NCBI RefSeq assembly: GCF_006345805.1
Contig: NC_042999.1
Coordinates: 22,382,001 to 22,446,000, forward strand
Length of the DNA: 64,000 nt
DNA from: Octopus sinensis
Taxonomy: Eukaryota
Reading direction: 5' to 3'
Shown: piece by piece, positions 41,622 through 54,652 of the stretch
Layout: every line of letters begins with the position of its first letter
How positions within the stretch are numbered: position 1 is the stretch's first letter
Program-made: the position numbers and the translations under genes
The notes under the pieces: generated by a model
What the model saw: the letters and a program-made list of their open reading frames with translations, nothing else
Told to the model about the DNA's origin: nothing
The model's database searches: none

Positions 41622-42622
41622 GTCCTCGTGTTGTATACATTCGAAGCTTTTTCCAGGGGATCTAATGCGCTTGGCTTAGATTTCCTTGGCGGGCTGCCCA
41701 TATCGGAGCAATCTCAAGATTAATCAGCCGAAATTGCTAAGATGATCTGGTTCTTGACTGATGACTGAGGGCTTCGAATGTCCCGTCCTGTGGTTCTTGT
41801 GTCGTCTCTGTGGTGTTTCATGTTCTTGTCCATGTCTGTAATTATTTTTACTGTTTACCTATATAATCGGCGGCTACGTATCCACAATTGTCCTTATACG
41901 ATAAGTATATTTTTTCTCTAGCATTGATACGACTCTTAATCTGTCTCTTTCTCTCTCTCTCTCTCTCTCCTCCCTTATTCCCCTTCCTTTCTTTCCCCTC
42001 CATCCGTCTTCCCCCCCCCTTCTACGTTTCTCTATCTCTCTCACCTCCAGCCCCCTCGATCTGTCTCTTTCTTCTCCTCCCTCGTCCACCTTCTCTCTTT
42101 TCATCTGTCCCTTTCTCTGTCTTTTGTTCTCACGTGACCGCTAGCCGCTGTTGAGCGCTCTTTTCGTTCCAGCAGCCGCCGAAGCAACACGTATTGTTCG
42201 TCTCCTTGCGGCCATTAGGCACAACTTCACAAGCCAGCCCCATACTCAACTCGTCCTGTCGAAAGACCCTTGTCCTACGTCCTGGTTTCGTTTTGTTTTT
42301 TATTTTTACCGTTATTGTTTTTACGTTTTTGTTCTTATTGGTGTCACGTATTCTGTATTTGTTCGTGTACTTCGTTCGTTTTCCGTCCTCTGTTGTATAC
42401 ATTCGAAGCTTTCTTCCAGGGGATCTAATGCGCTTGGCTTAGATTTCCCTTGGCGGGCTGCCCATATCGGAGCAATCTCAAGATTAATCAGCCGAAATTG
42501 CTAAGATGATCTGGTTCTTGACTGATGACTGAGGGCTTCGAATGTCCCGTCCTGTGGTTCTTGTGTCGTCTCTGTGGTGTTCATGTTCTTGTCCATGTCT
42601 GTAATTATTTTTACTGTTTACC

Positions 42623-42626
<4 letters not shown>
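41622..42626 (+). mobile_element. Non-coding ~1-kb element with ~240-bp direct terminal repeats (pLTR-like), flanked by (AT)n
   Basis: 41622-41865 is nearly identical to 42385-42626. No ORF. A related fragment lies on the minus strand at ~4960-5113. Confidence 0.8.
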
Positions 42627-42658
<32 letters not shown>

Positions 42659-42777
42659 ATATATATAAAGTTAATCCAAACAAGAAAACACAAAAAAAAA
42701 CAAAAAAAACACAACAACGCGAGGAACAAATAAAGTATTATTGGACGCTCAGGAAAGAAGGAAAGAAGCGAGGGTGT

Positions 42778-42812
42778 TTTAACGTTTCGAGCAGAGCTCT
42801 TCATCGGAAACA
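42778..42812 (-). ncRNA. Minimal hammerhead-like motif (same family as 40068)
   Basis: Minus strand: ttt-CCGATGA-agagctctgctc-GAAA-cg-TT-aaa. Core U4 is changed to C. Confidence 0.5.
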
Positions 42813-42933
42813 TAGGAGAAGGAAAGACCGAGAAGGGAAGACAGAGGGAAAAAATCGCCGCCAGCGGTACTCACGAGGTCACATATATATATAATATATA
42901 TATATATATTATATATATATATATATAGGCGCA

Positions 42934-42967
<34 letters not shown>

Positions 42968-42969
<2 letters not shown>

Positions 42970-43377
42970 CTCTTTACTTGTTTCAGTCATTTGACTGCGG
43001 ACATGCTGGAGCACCGCCTTTAGTCGAGCAAATCGACCCCGGGACTTATTCTTTGTAAGCCCAGTACTTATTCTATCGGTTTCTTTTGCCGAACCGCTAA
43101 GTGACGGAGACGTAAACACACCAGCATCGGTTGTCAAGCAATGCTAGGAGGACAAACACAGACACACTAACACACACAAACACACACACACACATATATA
43201 TATATACATATATACGACAGGCTTTTTTCAGTTTCCGTCTACCAAATCCACTCACAAGACATTGGTCAGCCCGGGGCTATAGCAGAAGACACTTACCCAA
43301 GATGCCACGCAGTGGGACTGAACCCGGAACCGTGTGGTTGGTAAGCAAGCTACTTACCACACAGCCACTCCTGCGCC
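42968..43377 (-). mobile_element. CORE-like SINE family A
   Basis: Family match. Confidence 0.85.
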
Positions 43378-43438
43378 AATATATATATATATATATAATA
43401 TTATGTATTCGATGCGTAATATATATATAATATATATA

Positions 43439-43483
<45 letters not shown>

Positions 43484-43889
43484 AATACGCATTCCTTGGG
43501 TCATCAGATCAATAAACGACGGCTGATGACTTCCTTGATAAACGCTAAGCCTTTATCTAGGAATTTCCTGAGAGGAAATAAAATTCGTTTCCCGTTGCCA
43601 TCTTTTGGTTATTTATTTTTATTTCTGTATTTTTATAAAACTTTGTCATGTCGCCAAGATACAGACAAGTTGTTCACACCTGCTTCTGAAGAAATTATCC
43701 TTCCGAATTTTGGCACAAGGCCAGAAGCTTTGAGGGTGAGAAAGAAGTCAGTTGCATCGACACCCAATATTTAACTGGTACTTATTTTATCAACCTCGAA
43801 AAGGATTTAAAGGCTAAGTTGACCTCGACAGCAGCTGAACTGAGAACGTAATAAGCCGGAAGAAATGTTGCTAAGCACTCGCCAGAGAC

Positions 43890-44062
43890 TTATTCTGTCG
43901 GTCTCTTTTGCCGAACCACTAGGTTACGGGGATGTAAACACAGTAACATCTGTTGTCTAGCATTAGTGGAGGACAAACAAACACACACACATATATATAT
44001 AATATATATATATATACATATGTATATATATACATGCATACATACATACATACATACATACA

Positions 44063-44093
<31 letters not shown>

Positions 44094-44345
44094 GTATATG
44101 TGTGTGTGTGTGTATACGACTGACTTCTTTTAGCTACTTATTTCTTTATTGCCCACAAGGGGCTAAACATAGAGGGGACAAACAAGGACAAAGGGATTAA
44201 GTCGATTACATCGACCTCAGTGCGTAACTGGTACTTAATTTATCGACCCCGAAAGGATGAAAAGCAAATTCAACCTCGGGGGAATTTGAACTCAGAACGT
44301 AACGGCAGACTTCTTTTAGTTTCTGTCAACTAAATCCACTCAGTA
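43890..44345 (-). mobile_element. CORE-like SINE A with nested family B SINE (44135-44308)
   Basis: Duplication gacttcttttag at ~44122 and ~44308. Confidence 0.75.
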
Positions 44346-45272
44346 GAATGAATTCGGCTCGCAGTGGAACCAAGAACTCAGAACGTAAATACGAACAAAA
44401 TGCCGCTTAATCATTTCACCCGAAGTGCTAACGATTCTGCCAGCTCCCCGCCAAAACCTAGTCTATTAGTGTTTGCTTTCATTAGGTTTCCTGTTGCTCC
44501 AGGTGTTCTTGTTATAAGGTACCATTTTAAGGCGGCAAACTAACAGATTCATAAATGTGTCGGAAAAATTGCCTTGAGGTATTTCTTCCGATTCTGAGTT
44601 CAAATTTCGCTAGGTCCAACTTTGCCTTTGGTCCAACCAGAATCGATAAAGCATTATTTAAAAACTAGGGTCGATAGTATTGATTTAACCTTTCTCGTCA
44701 AAATTGCTGTCCTTGAACCTGAATCAGAAACTATTATAAGACACCGCGTTGCCAGCAAAATACAGACAAGTTCACCCCACATACCTGGTTGTTCACGCGT
44801 CCTGAAATTCCGGTGGTTTCGTGAAGAAGTGGAGGCCGAGAGAACCATCACCCTAACGGCCACATCCAGTCGGTGGTTGATGGTTGGACGACCACAAGTA
44901 TAAGGGTAGCTGCGAAATAAGTAGGAGGGCCCATAGTGAGACGACTTGGTAAATAAGCTGTCGTGGACTATATGGCGACAGATTCATTAGGGCGAGTAGA
45001 GTCGCAAAGACTGGAATCTGTGCCCTCCAAATACCTCTTGTGCCCAATGACGATTCTGTCAGGCGAACTGGAACCGCCTTAAAAGTTCCCCATCACCACC
45101 AATCTGTGGGGTTTTTACACCACCGGGCTTTCAGATCCGTTAGTCCTCTGGGTGCTGGAAAAGTGATCGCACATTACGATAAAAATACCCGGTCCTCCAG
45201 GATTGGAGATTGACGGAAGGTTAATCATCTACCCCCGTAAAAAGTCGAGCTGATTACAGAAACTTCAATGAT

Positions 45273-45680
45273 AAGGCGGCGAGCTGGCAGAAACGTTTGC
45301 ACGTCAGGCGAAATGCTTATCGGTATTTCATCTGCCGCTACGTTCTGAGTTCAAATCCGCCGAGGTCGACTTTGCCTTTCATCCTTTCGGGGTCGATTAA
45401 ATAAGTACCAGTTACGCACAGGGGTCGATATAATCGACTTAATCCGTTTGTCTGTCCTTGTTTGTCCTCTCTGTGTTTAACCCCTTGTGGGTAGTAAAGC
45501 AATAGGTATTTCGTCTGCCGTTACGTTCTGAGTTCAAATCCGCCGAGGTCGACTTAGCCTTTCATCCTTTCGGGGTCGATAAATTAAGTACCAGTTACGA
45601 ACTGGGGTCGATATAATCGACTTAACTCCTTTGTTTGTCCTCTCTATGTTTAGCCCTTTGTGGGCAATAAAGAAATAAGA
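45273..45680 (+). mobile_element. Meta-domain SINE family B dimer with 12-bp TSD
   Basis: Second body starts ggtatttcg at ~45504. TSD agaaacttcaat at 45259 and 45679. Confidence 0.88.
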
Positions 45681-46164
45681 AACTTCAATAAATCAAAACC
45701 TACTCGACTCTGGAGAAACCGTGATGTTGAACAGGATAGCAACAGAAAGCAGAATGGAGGAGAAGCTGGAATGAGACCAAAAAATGTGCCTCATGGCACG
45801 GTGAGAACTACGTAACTAACCCAGTTGCTGAGAACGTAATGAACCGGAACAAATACCGGAAAGCAATACATTGTTCGACGCACAACAAACAGTCCTGCAA
45901 TTCCACAGCTCTGGACTTAGCAAAGAACAAAAAAAAAAAATAAAGCTGACCTCGGCGAAGTCTGAACTCACAACGGAAAGAACCGGATTCGACGCTCTAA
46001 CGATTGTAGTCAATAACAAGTGCAAGCTTGTGATTGGATGCAGCATTTTGTATTCTGTTTTATGAGTTCTTGCTTTTTTTTATATAATAATAATGTGTTC
46101 ATTTATTCTATAGTTAATGTACGTTTGATTCATGTAATATAGTTTATGTGTGGTTTGTGTATTT

Positions 46165-46350
46165 TTAATAAGTGTTCTGTCTGATGTATTTATTGCGTTG
46201 TATTAGTGTCTGTATTGTTCGATTGGTTTGCTCTATTAGCTTGTTTGTATAGAGGTTGTTGATTAGCGTTTGTTTTATCCTGTTGATATCATTGTTTTGT
46301 GCTTCGGTTGTGAAGGAGAATCTAAATGCTTTTCCAAGTAGAGAGATTTT
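46165..46350 (-). pseudogene. Possible Penelope-like RT C-terminal fragment
   Basis: DINRIKQTLINNLYTNKLIEQT resembles the PLE E..RIKQ.LxNNGYP thumb motif. Confidence 0.5.
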
Positions 46351-46444
46351 GCCATTGACATTCATGAAACAGAAACACAAGTGATTTTGAGGTGATGCGG
46401 TGATGATGGCGGTCGTGGTGGGGCGAAATATTTAGACTCGTAAC

Positions 46445-47338
46445 ATCACCGCCAACAACAAAAACCACCATTATATCATTGCCACTACCACCACCACTAT
46501 CACCAATACTACCACCACTACTATCACCACCAGCATCATCACTATCATCACCACCACCACCATCACCACCACCACCACTATCACCACCACCATCACTACC
46601 ACCACACCACCACCACCATCACCACCACTGTCACCACCACCGCCACTACTATCACCGCTACCACCACTATCATCACCACCACCATCACCACTAGCATCAT
46701 CACCACCACCACTATCATTACCACCATCACCACTATCACCACCACCACCACCATCACTACTATCACTGCTACCACCACTATCATCACCACCACCACCATC
46801 ACCACCACCATCACCACTATCATCACCACCATCACCACTATCCTCACCACTACCACTATCACCACCACCACACCACCATCACCACTACCATCACCACTAT
46901 CCTCACCACTACCACTATCATCACCACCATCACCACCACTACCACTGTCATCACCATCACAACTACTACCATTACCTTTACCAAAATCACCAACACCACA
47001 TCACAGCCAGCATCCTGATCATTACAGTAACCACCACAACCATCGCCGTCACCCGTATTATGAATACCATCAATACCACTGTCAGAATCACCGATACCAT
47101 TACTACCACCGCCACCACAACCACCAATACCCCTAACACCACCACCACCATCACTATCTCCACTACCACCGCCACCGCCACAACCACCTATACCACCACT
47201 ACCACCAATACCACTAACACCACCACACTATCACTATCTCCACTACCAACACTACCACACCACCACCACCACCACCACTACCACAACCACCACCACTACT
47301 ACCACAACAACCACTACCACTACCACCACCACCACCAG
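46445..47338. repeat. (CAC/CAT/TAC)n microsatellite field
   Basis: Direct inspection. Confidence 0.95.
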
Positions 47339-47519
47339 TTCTTACACTGTGTTGACCGGAATATGAAGTGCTGCGTGATGTTTAAAAAGAACTGAACAAA
47401 GTGCAATTGTTGTTGACGAGATGTGGTTAAAAATAGAACAGGTTATGATGAATCAGCGTTCAAGTGGAGCTGGGGGTCTGCAAATATTGGGACGGAGATA
47501 GAGAGAGAGAGGAAGAAGA

Positions 47520-48000
47520 CAGGAAGAGCAAGGAGAAAGAGAGAGTAAAGATTGGGATAAAGAGAAAGACAGAGAGAGTAAAGGAGAGAGAGAGAGTAAA
47601 GGAGAAAGAGAGTAAAGGAGAAAGAGAGTAAAGGAGAAAGAGAGTAAAGGAGAGAGAGAGTAAAGGAGAGAGAGCAAAGGAGAGAGAGTAAAGGTAGAGA
47701 GAGTAAAACCAGAGAGATAGACAGACACAGTGAGAGAAATAGAGGGAGAGAGATGTGAGAGGGACAGAGTGGGAAAGAGAGGAAAATAGGAATAAAGAAA
47801 AAGAGAGGGTGGGAGAAAGAGAGTAAAGGAGAGAGAGTAAAGGAGAAAGAGAGTAAAGGAGAGAGAGAGTAAAACCAGAGAGATAGACAGACACAGTGAG
47901 AGAAATAGAGGGAGAGAGAGGTGAGAGGGACAGAGTGGGAAAGAGAGGAAAATAGGAATAAGGAAAAAGAGAGGGTGGGAGAAGGAAAGACAGAGATAAA
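47520..48000. repeat. Polypurine minisatellite (gagagtaaaggagaaa) with ~170-bp tandem duplication
   Basis: Direct inspection. Confidence 0.85.
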
Positions 48001-48743
48001 GAAGGAAAGACAATGTGAGCGGGGGAAAGCGAGACAGAAAGGAAAAGAGTAAAGGAAGGTGGGAGAGAGAGAGAGAGAGATTAAGAGGGAGGTGGAAGAT
48101 GACGGCAGGAACGATTCAAATTTGAACAAGTTCGAAAGAGAGCGAGTGGGGGGAATGAAAGAGAAGGAAAGAATTTGAGAGATAGTGTGAGGATAAAGAA
48201 GACAAAATGAAGAAGAGGCTTGAACGAGAAGGATAGAGGGCAGAAGAAGAAAGATTGAAATGGGGGGAAAAGACAGAATGATAATAAAGGAATGAGAAAC
48301 CGAAACGTCGTTAGAAAAGGAGATTTATTTATTCTACAGAAGAAGAAAAAAATGAGAGAAGTACAGAGGTTATTAGGGGTGGGGAGAAAGAGAGAAGAGA
48401 AGGAATGAAGGAAAGCAATGAATGTTTGTTGGACAGAGGAGAAGAATGATAGAGAAAGAGAGAGAAAAAAAAACAAGATGGAAGAACAGAAGAAAAGACA
48501 AACTGAAGTTTGGAGAGAATTTCTAGAAACAGAATTTCAATAGTTTTGCGTCAACAAGATTCAATCCAGTTGCGAAAAGCAAGCAAATACATCATCGTCA
48601 TCGTCATCATCATCATCATCTTCTTTTTTCTTCTTTTCCTTCTTTTTTCTTCTATTTCTTCTTTTTTTTTCTCCTACTACTAGTTGATCTTTTTCTATTT
48701 CTTCATCATCTTCCTCCTCCTCTTCCTCCTCCTCCTCCTCTTC

Positions 48744-48774
<31 letters not shown>

Positions 48775-49149
48775 ACTACTACTACTAGTTCTATTTCTTC
48801 ATCTTCTCCTCCTTCTTCCTCTACTACTACTACTAGTTCTATTTCTTCTTCTACTACTACTACTACTACTGCTGCTGCTACTACAACTACTACTAGTTTT
48901 TCTTCAACGTCGTCATCGTCTCCTTTTTCTTCTTCTTCTCTACCTCCTCCTCCTCCTCCTCCTTCTTCACTCTTCACGTTGACCCAATATTTATGAATGA
49001 ACTGATTACGCGTAAACTACAAGGGAAGCCCGACAGATTCACGAAACTCCGCTGCCCGTTTTAGATCCCCTGCCTCACCTTTGGCTTCCTTTCGCCAGAC
49101 CCACCCAGTTATAAATACTATAGTCGCACACATGGCTGGGTAGGGGGTG

Positions 49150-49960
49150 TCATTTATTTTAATCCTTTTTTTTTTTTCATCAACAGTTTTAACGAGTTAG
49201 CCAATAATATATTCTCCTTCACTGTTCACGACTTCTTGCCAACTTTCCACAAGCTTGTCAATGCTTTAACGATAGAAACCACCGGGTCTTGACTCGAGGG
49301 ATTCCATCGAGCCACGTTTTAAGCACCACGTCGTTGTTGGACGAAACGCTTCGTAGACTGTTGGAGACCGACGCAAAAAAGTAATAAGCTGAAGTAATAA
49401 TATCAGTAGTGTGGAGGCGCAATGGCCCAGTGGTTAGGGCAGCGGACTCGCGGTCGTAGGATCGCGGTTTCGATTCCCAGACCGGGCGTTGTGAGTGTTT
49501 TTGAGCGAAAACACCTAAAGCTCCACGGGGCTCCGGCAGGGATGGTGGTGATCCCTGCTGTACTCTTTCCCCACAACTTTCTCTCACTCTTACTTCCTGT
49601 TTCTGTTGTACCTGTATTTCAAAGGGCCGGCCTTGTCACTCTCTGTGTCACGCTGAATATCCCCGAGAACTACGTTAAGGGTACACGTGTCTGTGGAGTG
49701 CTCAGCCACTTACACGCTAATTTCACGAGCAGGCTGTTCCGTTGATCGGATCAACCGGAACCCTCGTCGTCGTAACCGACGGAGTGCTTCCACATATCAG
49801 TAGAACTTCCCAGTTGAGCTTTTGAATAGCATTTTTTTGGGTCAAATTAGCGACGTAAGGACGAGCCTTGTCGTGTTGAGGAAACATGTCGGATCACCGG
49901 TCGAGTCGTTTCAGCTCGATGTGCCGGTGCAGTTGCTCAACGTAAAGCTAAGATCTAAAC
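49150..49960 (-). pseudogene. Mariner transposase C-terminal fragment interrupted by a SINE
   Basis: Minus strand: QHDKARPYVA...AIQKLNWEVL, then (past the SINE) SAYYFFASVSNSL...KTWLD...SIDKLVESWQEVVNSEGEYI. Confidence 0.8.
49410..49793 (+). mobile_element. Full-length tRNA-derived SINE with 10-bp TSD
   Basis: A box tggcccagtggttagg, B box gtttcgattccc and a tail shared with family C. TSD atatcagtag at 49400-49409 and 49794-49803. Confidence 0.92.
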
Positions 49961-50057
49961 ACTCAACAGGTATTATTTGATTAAGTTGTAGTTTTAGAAG
50001 ATTAGTTTGTTTGATTTCTAAATCGGTGTGTATTTTTAGCGTTAGATATATAAGAGA

Positions 50058-50512
50058 CGCGGCGAGCGTTAGATATATAAGAGACGCGTGGCGAAATGCT
50101 AAGCGGTATTTCGTCTGCCGCTACGTTCTGAGTTCAAATTCCGCCGAGGTCGACTTTGCCTTTCATCCTTTCGGGGTCGATAAATTAAGTACCAGTTACG
50201 CACTGGGGGTCGATGTAATCGACTTAATACCTATGTCTGGTCTTGTTTGTCCCCTCTGTGTTTAGCCCCTAGTGGGTAATAAAGAAATAGGTATTTCGTC
50301 TGCTGTTACGTTCTGAGTTCAAATTCCGCCGAGGTCGACTTTGCCTTTCATCCTTTCGGGGTCGATAAATTAAGTACCAGTTACGCACTGGGGTCGATGT
50401 AATCGACTTAATACGTTTGTCTGTCCTTGTTTGTCCCTTCCCTGTTTAGCCCCTTGTGGGTAGTAAAGAAATAGGTATTTCGTCTGCCGCTACGTTCTGA
50501 GTTCAAATTCAC
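50058..50512 (+). mobile_element. Meta-domain SINE family B multimer (2+ bodies)
   Basis: aaagaaata|ggtatttcg junctions at ~50290 and ~50474. Confidence 0.85.
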
Positions 50513-51190
50513 CGCCGCGGCGATAGCAGTGGTGATTTGGGATGCGGCGGCGGCGGCGGCGGTAGTGGAACGACGGCGATAGCAGCGACAGCAGTAGTAG
50601 CGACGGCAGTGGCAGTGACGGCGGTGGTGGAAGAGACAGCGGCGGCGACGGCGGTGGCGGTGGCGGCAGCTGTGGCTGCAGTAGCGGTGGCGGTGGTGGT
50701 GGTGGTGGCGATGGTCATATTTGTCTCGTGGCTTCTGTAGTCGCTTCCGTTCCGAGTTTAATGGAATTGGTAAACATGATGCACAATATAGTTGTTTGGT
50801 AAAATATAATGTAAAGCAGTGCAACCACCTTCCTTTCCCCCCCCCCCACTCAGTTATGACCCCCGTCACCTTACTTCTCCAACGCACCATCCTACGGCAC
50901 TTCGTTTCCTCCAATCCAACTGTTACTGCCCGTAATTTCCTTGAACAGCATCTAACTTCCTTTATACGAGACAACAATCTGCATCAATTTTTTTTACCGT
51001 CTACAGTTATTTTATTTTATTTTTTCCGTAATTTGCATTAAAGAGCGCCTTTCAGATGCTAGATGTAACGAAACGAAACTGGACTACTTCGACTTGTAGG
51101 CCGTAACATCGTATTTCTGATCAGATCTACCTGACTCATATAGTATTCGTGTTGTTTTATATCATGCATCTCCCGCATCCGAGAACAAGT

Positions 51191-51617
51191 ACTCTTTACT
51201 CTTTTACTCTTTTACTCTTTTACTTGTTTCAGTCATTTGACTGTGGCCATGCTGGAGCACCGCCTTTTTAGTCGAGCAAATCGACCCCAGGACTTATTCT
51301 TTGTAAGCCTAGTACTTATTCTATCCGTCTCTTTTGCCGAACCGCTGGGTTATGGGGACGTAAACACACCAGCATCGGTTGTCAAGCGATGTTGGGGGGA
51401 CAAACACGGACACACAAACATATACACACACATACATATATATATATACATATATATATGACGGGCTTCTTTTAGTTTCCGTCTACCAGATCCACTCACA
51501 AGGCTTTGGTCGGTCCGAGGCTATAGTAGAAGACACTTGCCCAAGGTACCACGCAGTGGAACTGAACCCGGAACCACGTGGTTGGTAAGCAAGCTACTTA
51601 CCACAGAGCCACTCCTG
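51191..51617 (-). mobile_element. CORE-like SINE family A
   Basis: Family match with (tactcttt)n tail. Confidence 0.85.
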
Positions 51618-51659
51618 GTAATAAGTGTCATAGAAACAGCCACCCAAGTAAAATTAATA

Positions 51660-52038
51660 AACAAGAGCACTCAAAGAGCGCAAACCTCCGCCAAGGCAAC
51701 ACCAATATCCTCTCCACGATTAGCCAGAGATGACTTTTAAATGAGAATATCTGAAATAAAAGTCGACTGTTCTCATGGACGAGAATACTAAAAATGAACC
51801 CGACCGCTTTCAAAAATTAAGTAAAAAAAACAAAAAGCGGGGAAAATAATCCAGAATTCTTCTCCGGTACCGGATCGATCCCAAAATCTAATCAGTTCGT
51901 AACAGTCACGAGGGGACAAATATCCCTAAAAGTTTCATCCGAATCCATCCAGCGGTTCTTAAGCTATCTTGTCCACGGACAAACAAACAAACACAAATGA
52001 AAACAATACCTCCGCCTTCGCTAAGGCGGAGGTAACAA
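51660..52038 (+). mobile_element. Helentron-associated non-autonomous element (HINE/DINE-like)
   Basis: Sub-terminal acctccgcc at 51684, internal (ACAA)n and a terminal stem-loop tacctccgcc-ttcgctaa-ggcggaggta at 52007-52034. Confidence 0.7.
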
Positions 52039-52194
52039 TAACACAGTCTCTCTCATGCATGCTCTCCTATACACACGCACACACACGCCTCTATCTTATT
52101 CTTGGCTATGAAACTCTATCTTACTCTGCTCCTGGTAATTATTTCACTATAGCATTTCCCTTTAAACACACTTTATTATTATTATTATTATTAT

Positions 52195-52247
<53 letters not shown>

Positions 52248-52272
52248 TATTATTATTATTATTATTATTATT

Positions 52273-52305
<33 letters not shown>

Positions 52306-53083
52306 GCTGCTGTTGTTGTTATTATTATTATTATTATTATTACTGATTGCTGTTTTTTTTTTTTGACTTTTCGTGTTCTTCACGAAGGACCACTGCTCAA
52401 AAAGTCGAAGTTGCCTTCGTTTCTTCCTCACAGCGTAAAAGTAACTAGTTTGTACTCCTCTGTCTTTTGCTGTGGGTTTTTATGTTCACCACGACGACGA
52501 TGATGACAACGACGATGACGACGACGATGACGATGATGAGGATGATGAGGATGATGAGGATGATGAGGTGATGATGGCGGTGATGATGATGATGATGATT
52601 GAATATAAAATTTATATCGAGGTGGTGGACGAGGATTATGATGACTGCAATTTTGGTGGCGGATAATGGTGGTACGTTGCAGTTGTTGCAGGTGGTGGTG
52701 GTGGTGGCGGCGGTAGCGGTGGCGGTGGCGGTAGTTATCTTCGTCGAAGTCGTCATCGACGCCAACACCAATACCACCACCACCACCATTACTACCATCA
52801 CCACCACCAATACCACCTATCATCGTCCTCATCGTAAACAGACAGAAGCAGTAGGTGGGCGCACACTGTTTTGGGAATATTGTCTTCCACCAACGTCATC
52901 CTCCTCCCTCCCTCATTCACTCACTCACTCACTCCCACCTCCCCCTCCTCCCTACCCACATTTCCTATCCGAGACATTTCGGTTCTAAGCTTTAACTGTA
53001 GTTGTTGTTATTGCTGCTGTTATTGTTGTTGTTCTTGTTGTTGTTGATAGTAGTAGTAGTAGTTAGTAGTAGTAGTAGTAGTA

Positions 53084-53146
<63 letters not shown>

Positions 53147-53594
53147 TTGTTTGTTTGCAAAAAAAAAGCTAGTGATGTTTCCATGGCAATCATCTATGAA
53201 AACATTAGACTAGACGCAAAATGGAATTTCGCTTCAAATGAATTGTTAGTGTGTATTCTTCTCTCCATTTTTCGTTTATTGTTATCGCTAATGTTGCTGT
53301 TGTGGTTGTCGTTAATGTTTTGTTGTTGTTGTTGTTGATGTTGTTCTTGTTCTTGTTGTTGACGGCGATGATGATGATGATGATGCTGTTTTGATTTTGT
53401 TTTTGTTTGTTTTTTTATTCTCTCTCTCTCTCTCCCTCTCTCTCTCTCACTCTCTCTTTCTCTCTCTTGTGTTCTTTCTCAACCGAGGCCATTCGATATT
53501 ACTCTATAGTAATAATATCTTCACCATTAATCCATAATAAATAACAGTTCATCTTCATATAAATTCATAATCGATACCGTTACGCCATTGTAGT

Positions 53595-53638
<44 letters not shown>

Positions 53639-53643
53639 TAGTA

Positions 53644-53676
<33 letters not shown>

Positions 53677-53896
53677 GTAATAGTAGTAGTGGTGGTGGTA
53701 GTAGTAGTATTATGTTCACATTTGGTATACAATGTTATACTTCTTTCTTATCACATTACTTTCTTTTCTCTTTCTTCCCTTCAGTTTTTGTTGTTTTTTT
53801 TTGTAAACCGCCCCCCCCCCCAAAAAAAACATTTTAAACTATCCTTGTCATGTCTCCCTCATTCGATACCCCAGTGGTAAATAAAAGAAATCATCA

Positions 53897-53933
<37 letters not shown>

Positions 53934-53935
53934 AT

Positions 53936-54150
53936 AGGCGTAGGAGTGGCTTTGTGGTAAGTAGCTTGCTTACGAACCACATGGTTCCGGGTTCAGTCCT
54001 ACTTCGTGGCATTTTAGGCAAGTGTCTTCTACTATAGCCTCGGGCCGACCAAAGCCTTGTGAGTGGATTTGGTAGACGGGAACTGAAAGAAGCCCGTCGT
54101 ATATATGTGTGTGTAGGGGGGTATCTATGTTTGTCCCCCAGCATCCCAAT
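53936..54150 (+). mobile_element. CORE-like SINE family A, 5' half
   Basis: Family match. Confidence 0.8.
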
Positions 54151-54599
54151 GAATCTATATTAAAAGATAGTAGCCGTTCCTGCTTACCCCGCTGAGTAGT
54201 GTGCAACTGGTGCTGGAACGTTACCTTAAACGAAAATAAAAGACGTAGATACAACAGTATAATTTAGAATCTCGATTTCAAACTGGGGAGTTCGTGACAT
54301 CTTTGGCATGTGTTTCTTCCTGTAATCTTGAGTTCATCAACAGTCTGAATGTAAAATATATGATTGACGGAAACTGCAGAACCCTGTTTGATATATATAT
54401 ATAAATATATTATATAAAAGGGCTTAGTAAAATAAATTACTTTGCCGCATACTGAACTCATTAGAAATAGCAGCTAAAAAACTTTTTTAAAGCTATTTCT
54501 AATACTTAACGAAAATCTCTCTCATATATAGTGTTTGCTTAATTCAACTCACAAAAGTTTGGGGGTAAGGACATCGAAAAATCAAATGCTAAGGTTATT

Positions 54600-54652
54600 T
54601 GAGAACGTACGTTTCAAGATTAGTCAAAAACAACACTTCTATCATCAGCTCA
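54600..54652 (-). ncRNA. Type I hammerhead motif, array unit 1 (also at 55147-55199, 55694-55746 and 56240-56292)
   Basis: Minus strand: tgag-CTGATGA-taga...tctt-GAAA-cgtacg-TT-ctca. Stem III is the palindrome AACGTACGTT. Confidence 0.75.

Noticed and set aside
43515-43590. CTGATGA plus hairpin resembling an HHR
   Set aside because: GAAA is not adjacent to stem II, and there is no convincing stem III or UH.
44720-45270. Possible RTE LINE 5' region
   Set aside because: Only a vague motif resemblance and no translatable domain; cannot be supported.
49410-49485. Functional tRNA gene
   Set aside because: The tRNA-like head continues into a SINE body bounded by a TSD, with no clean cloverleaf.
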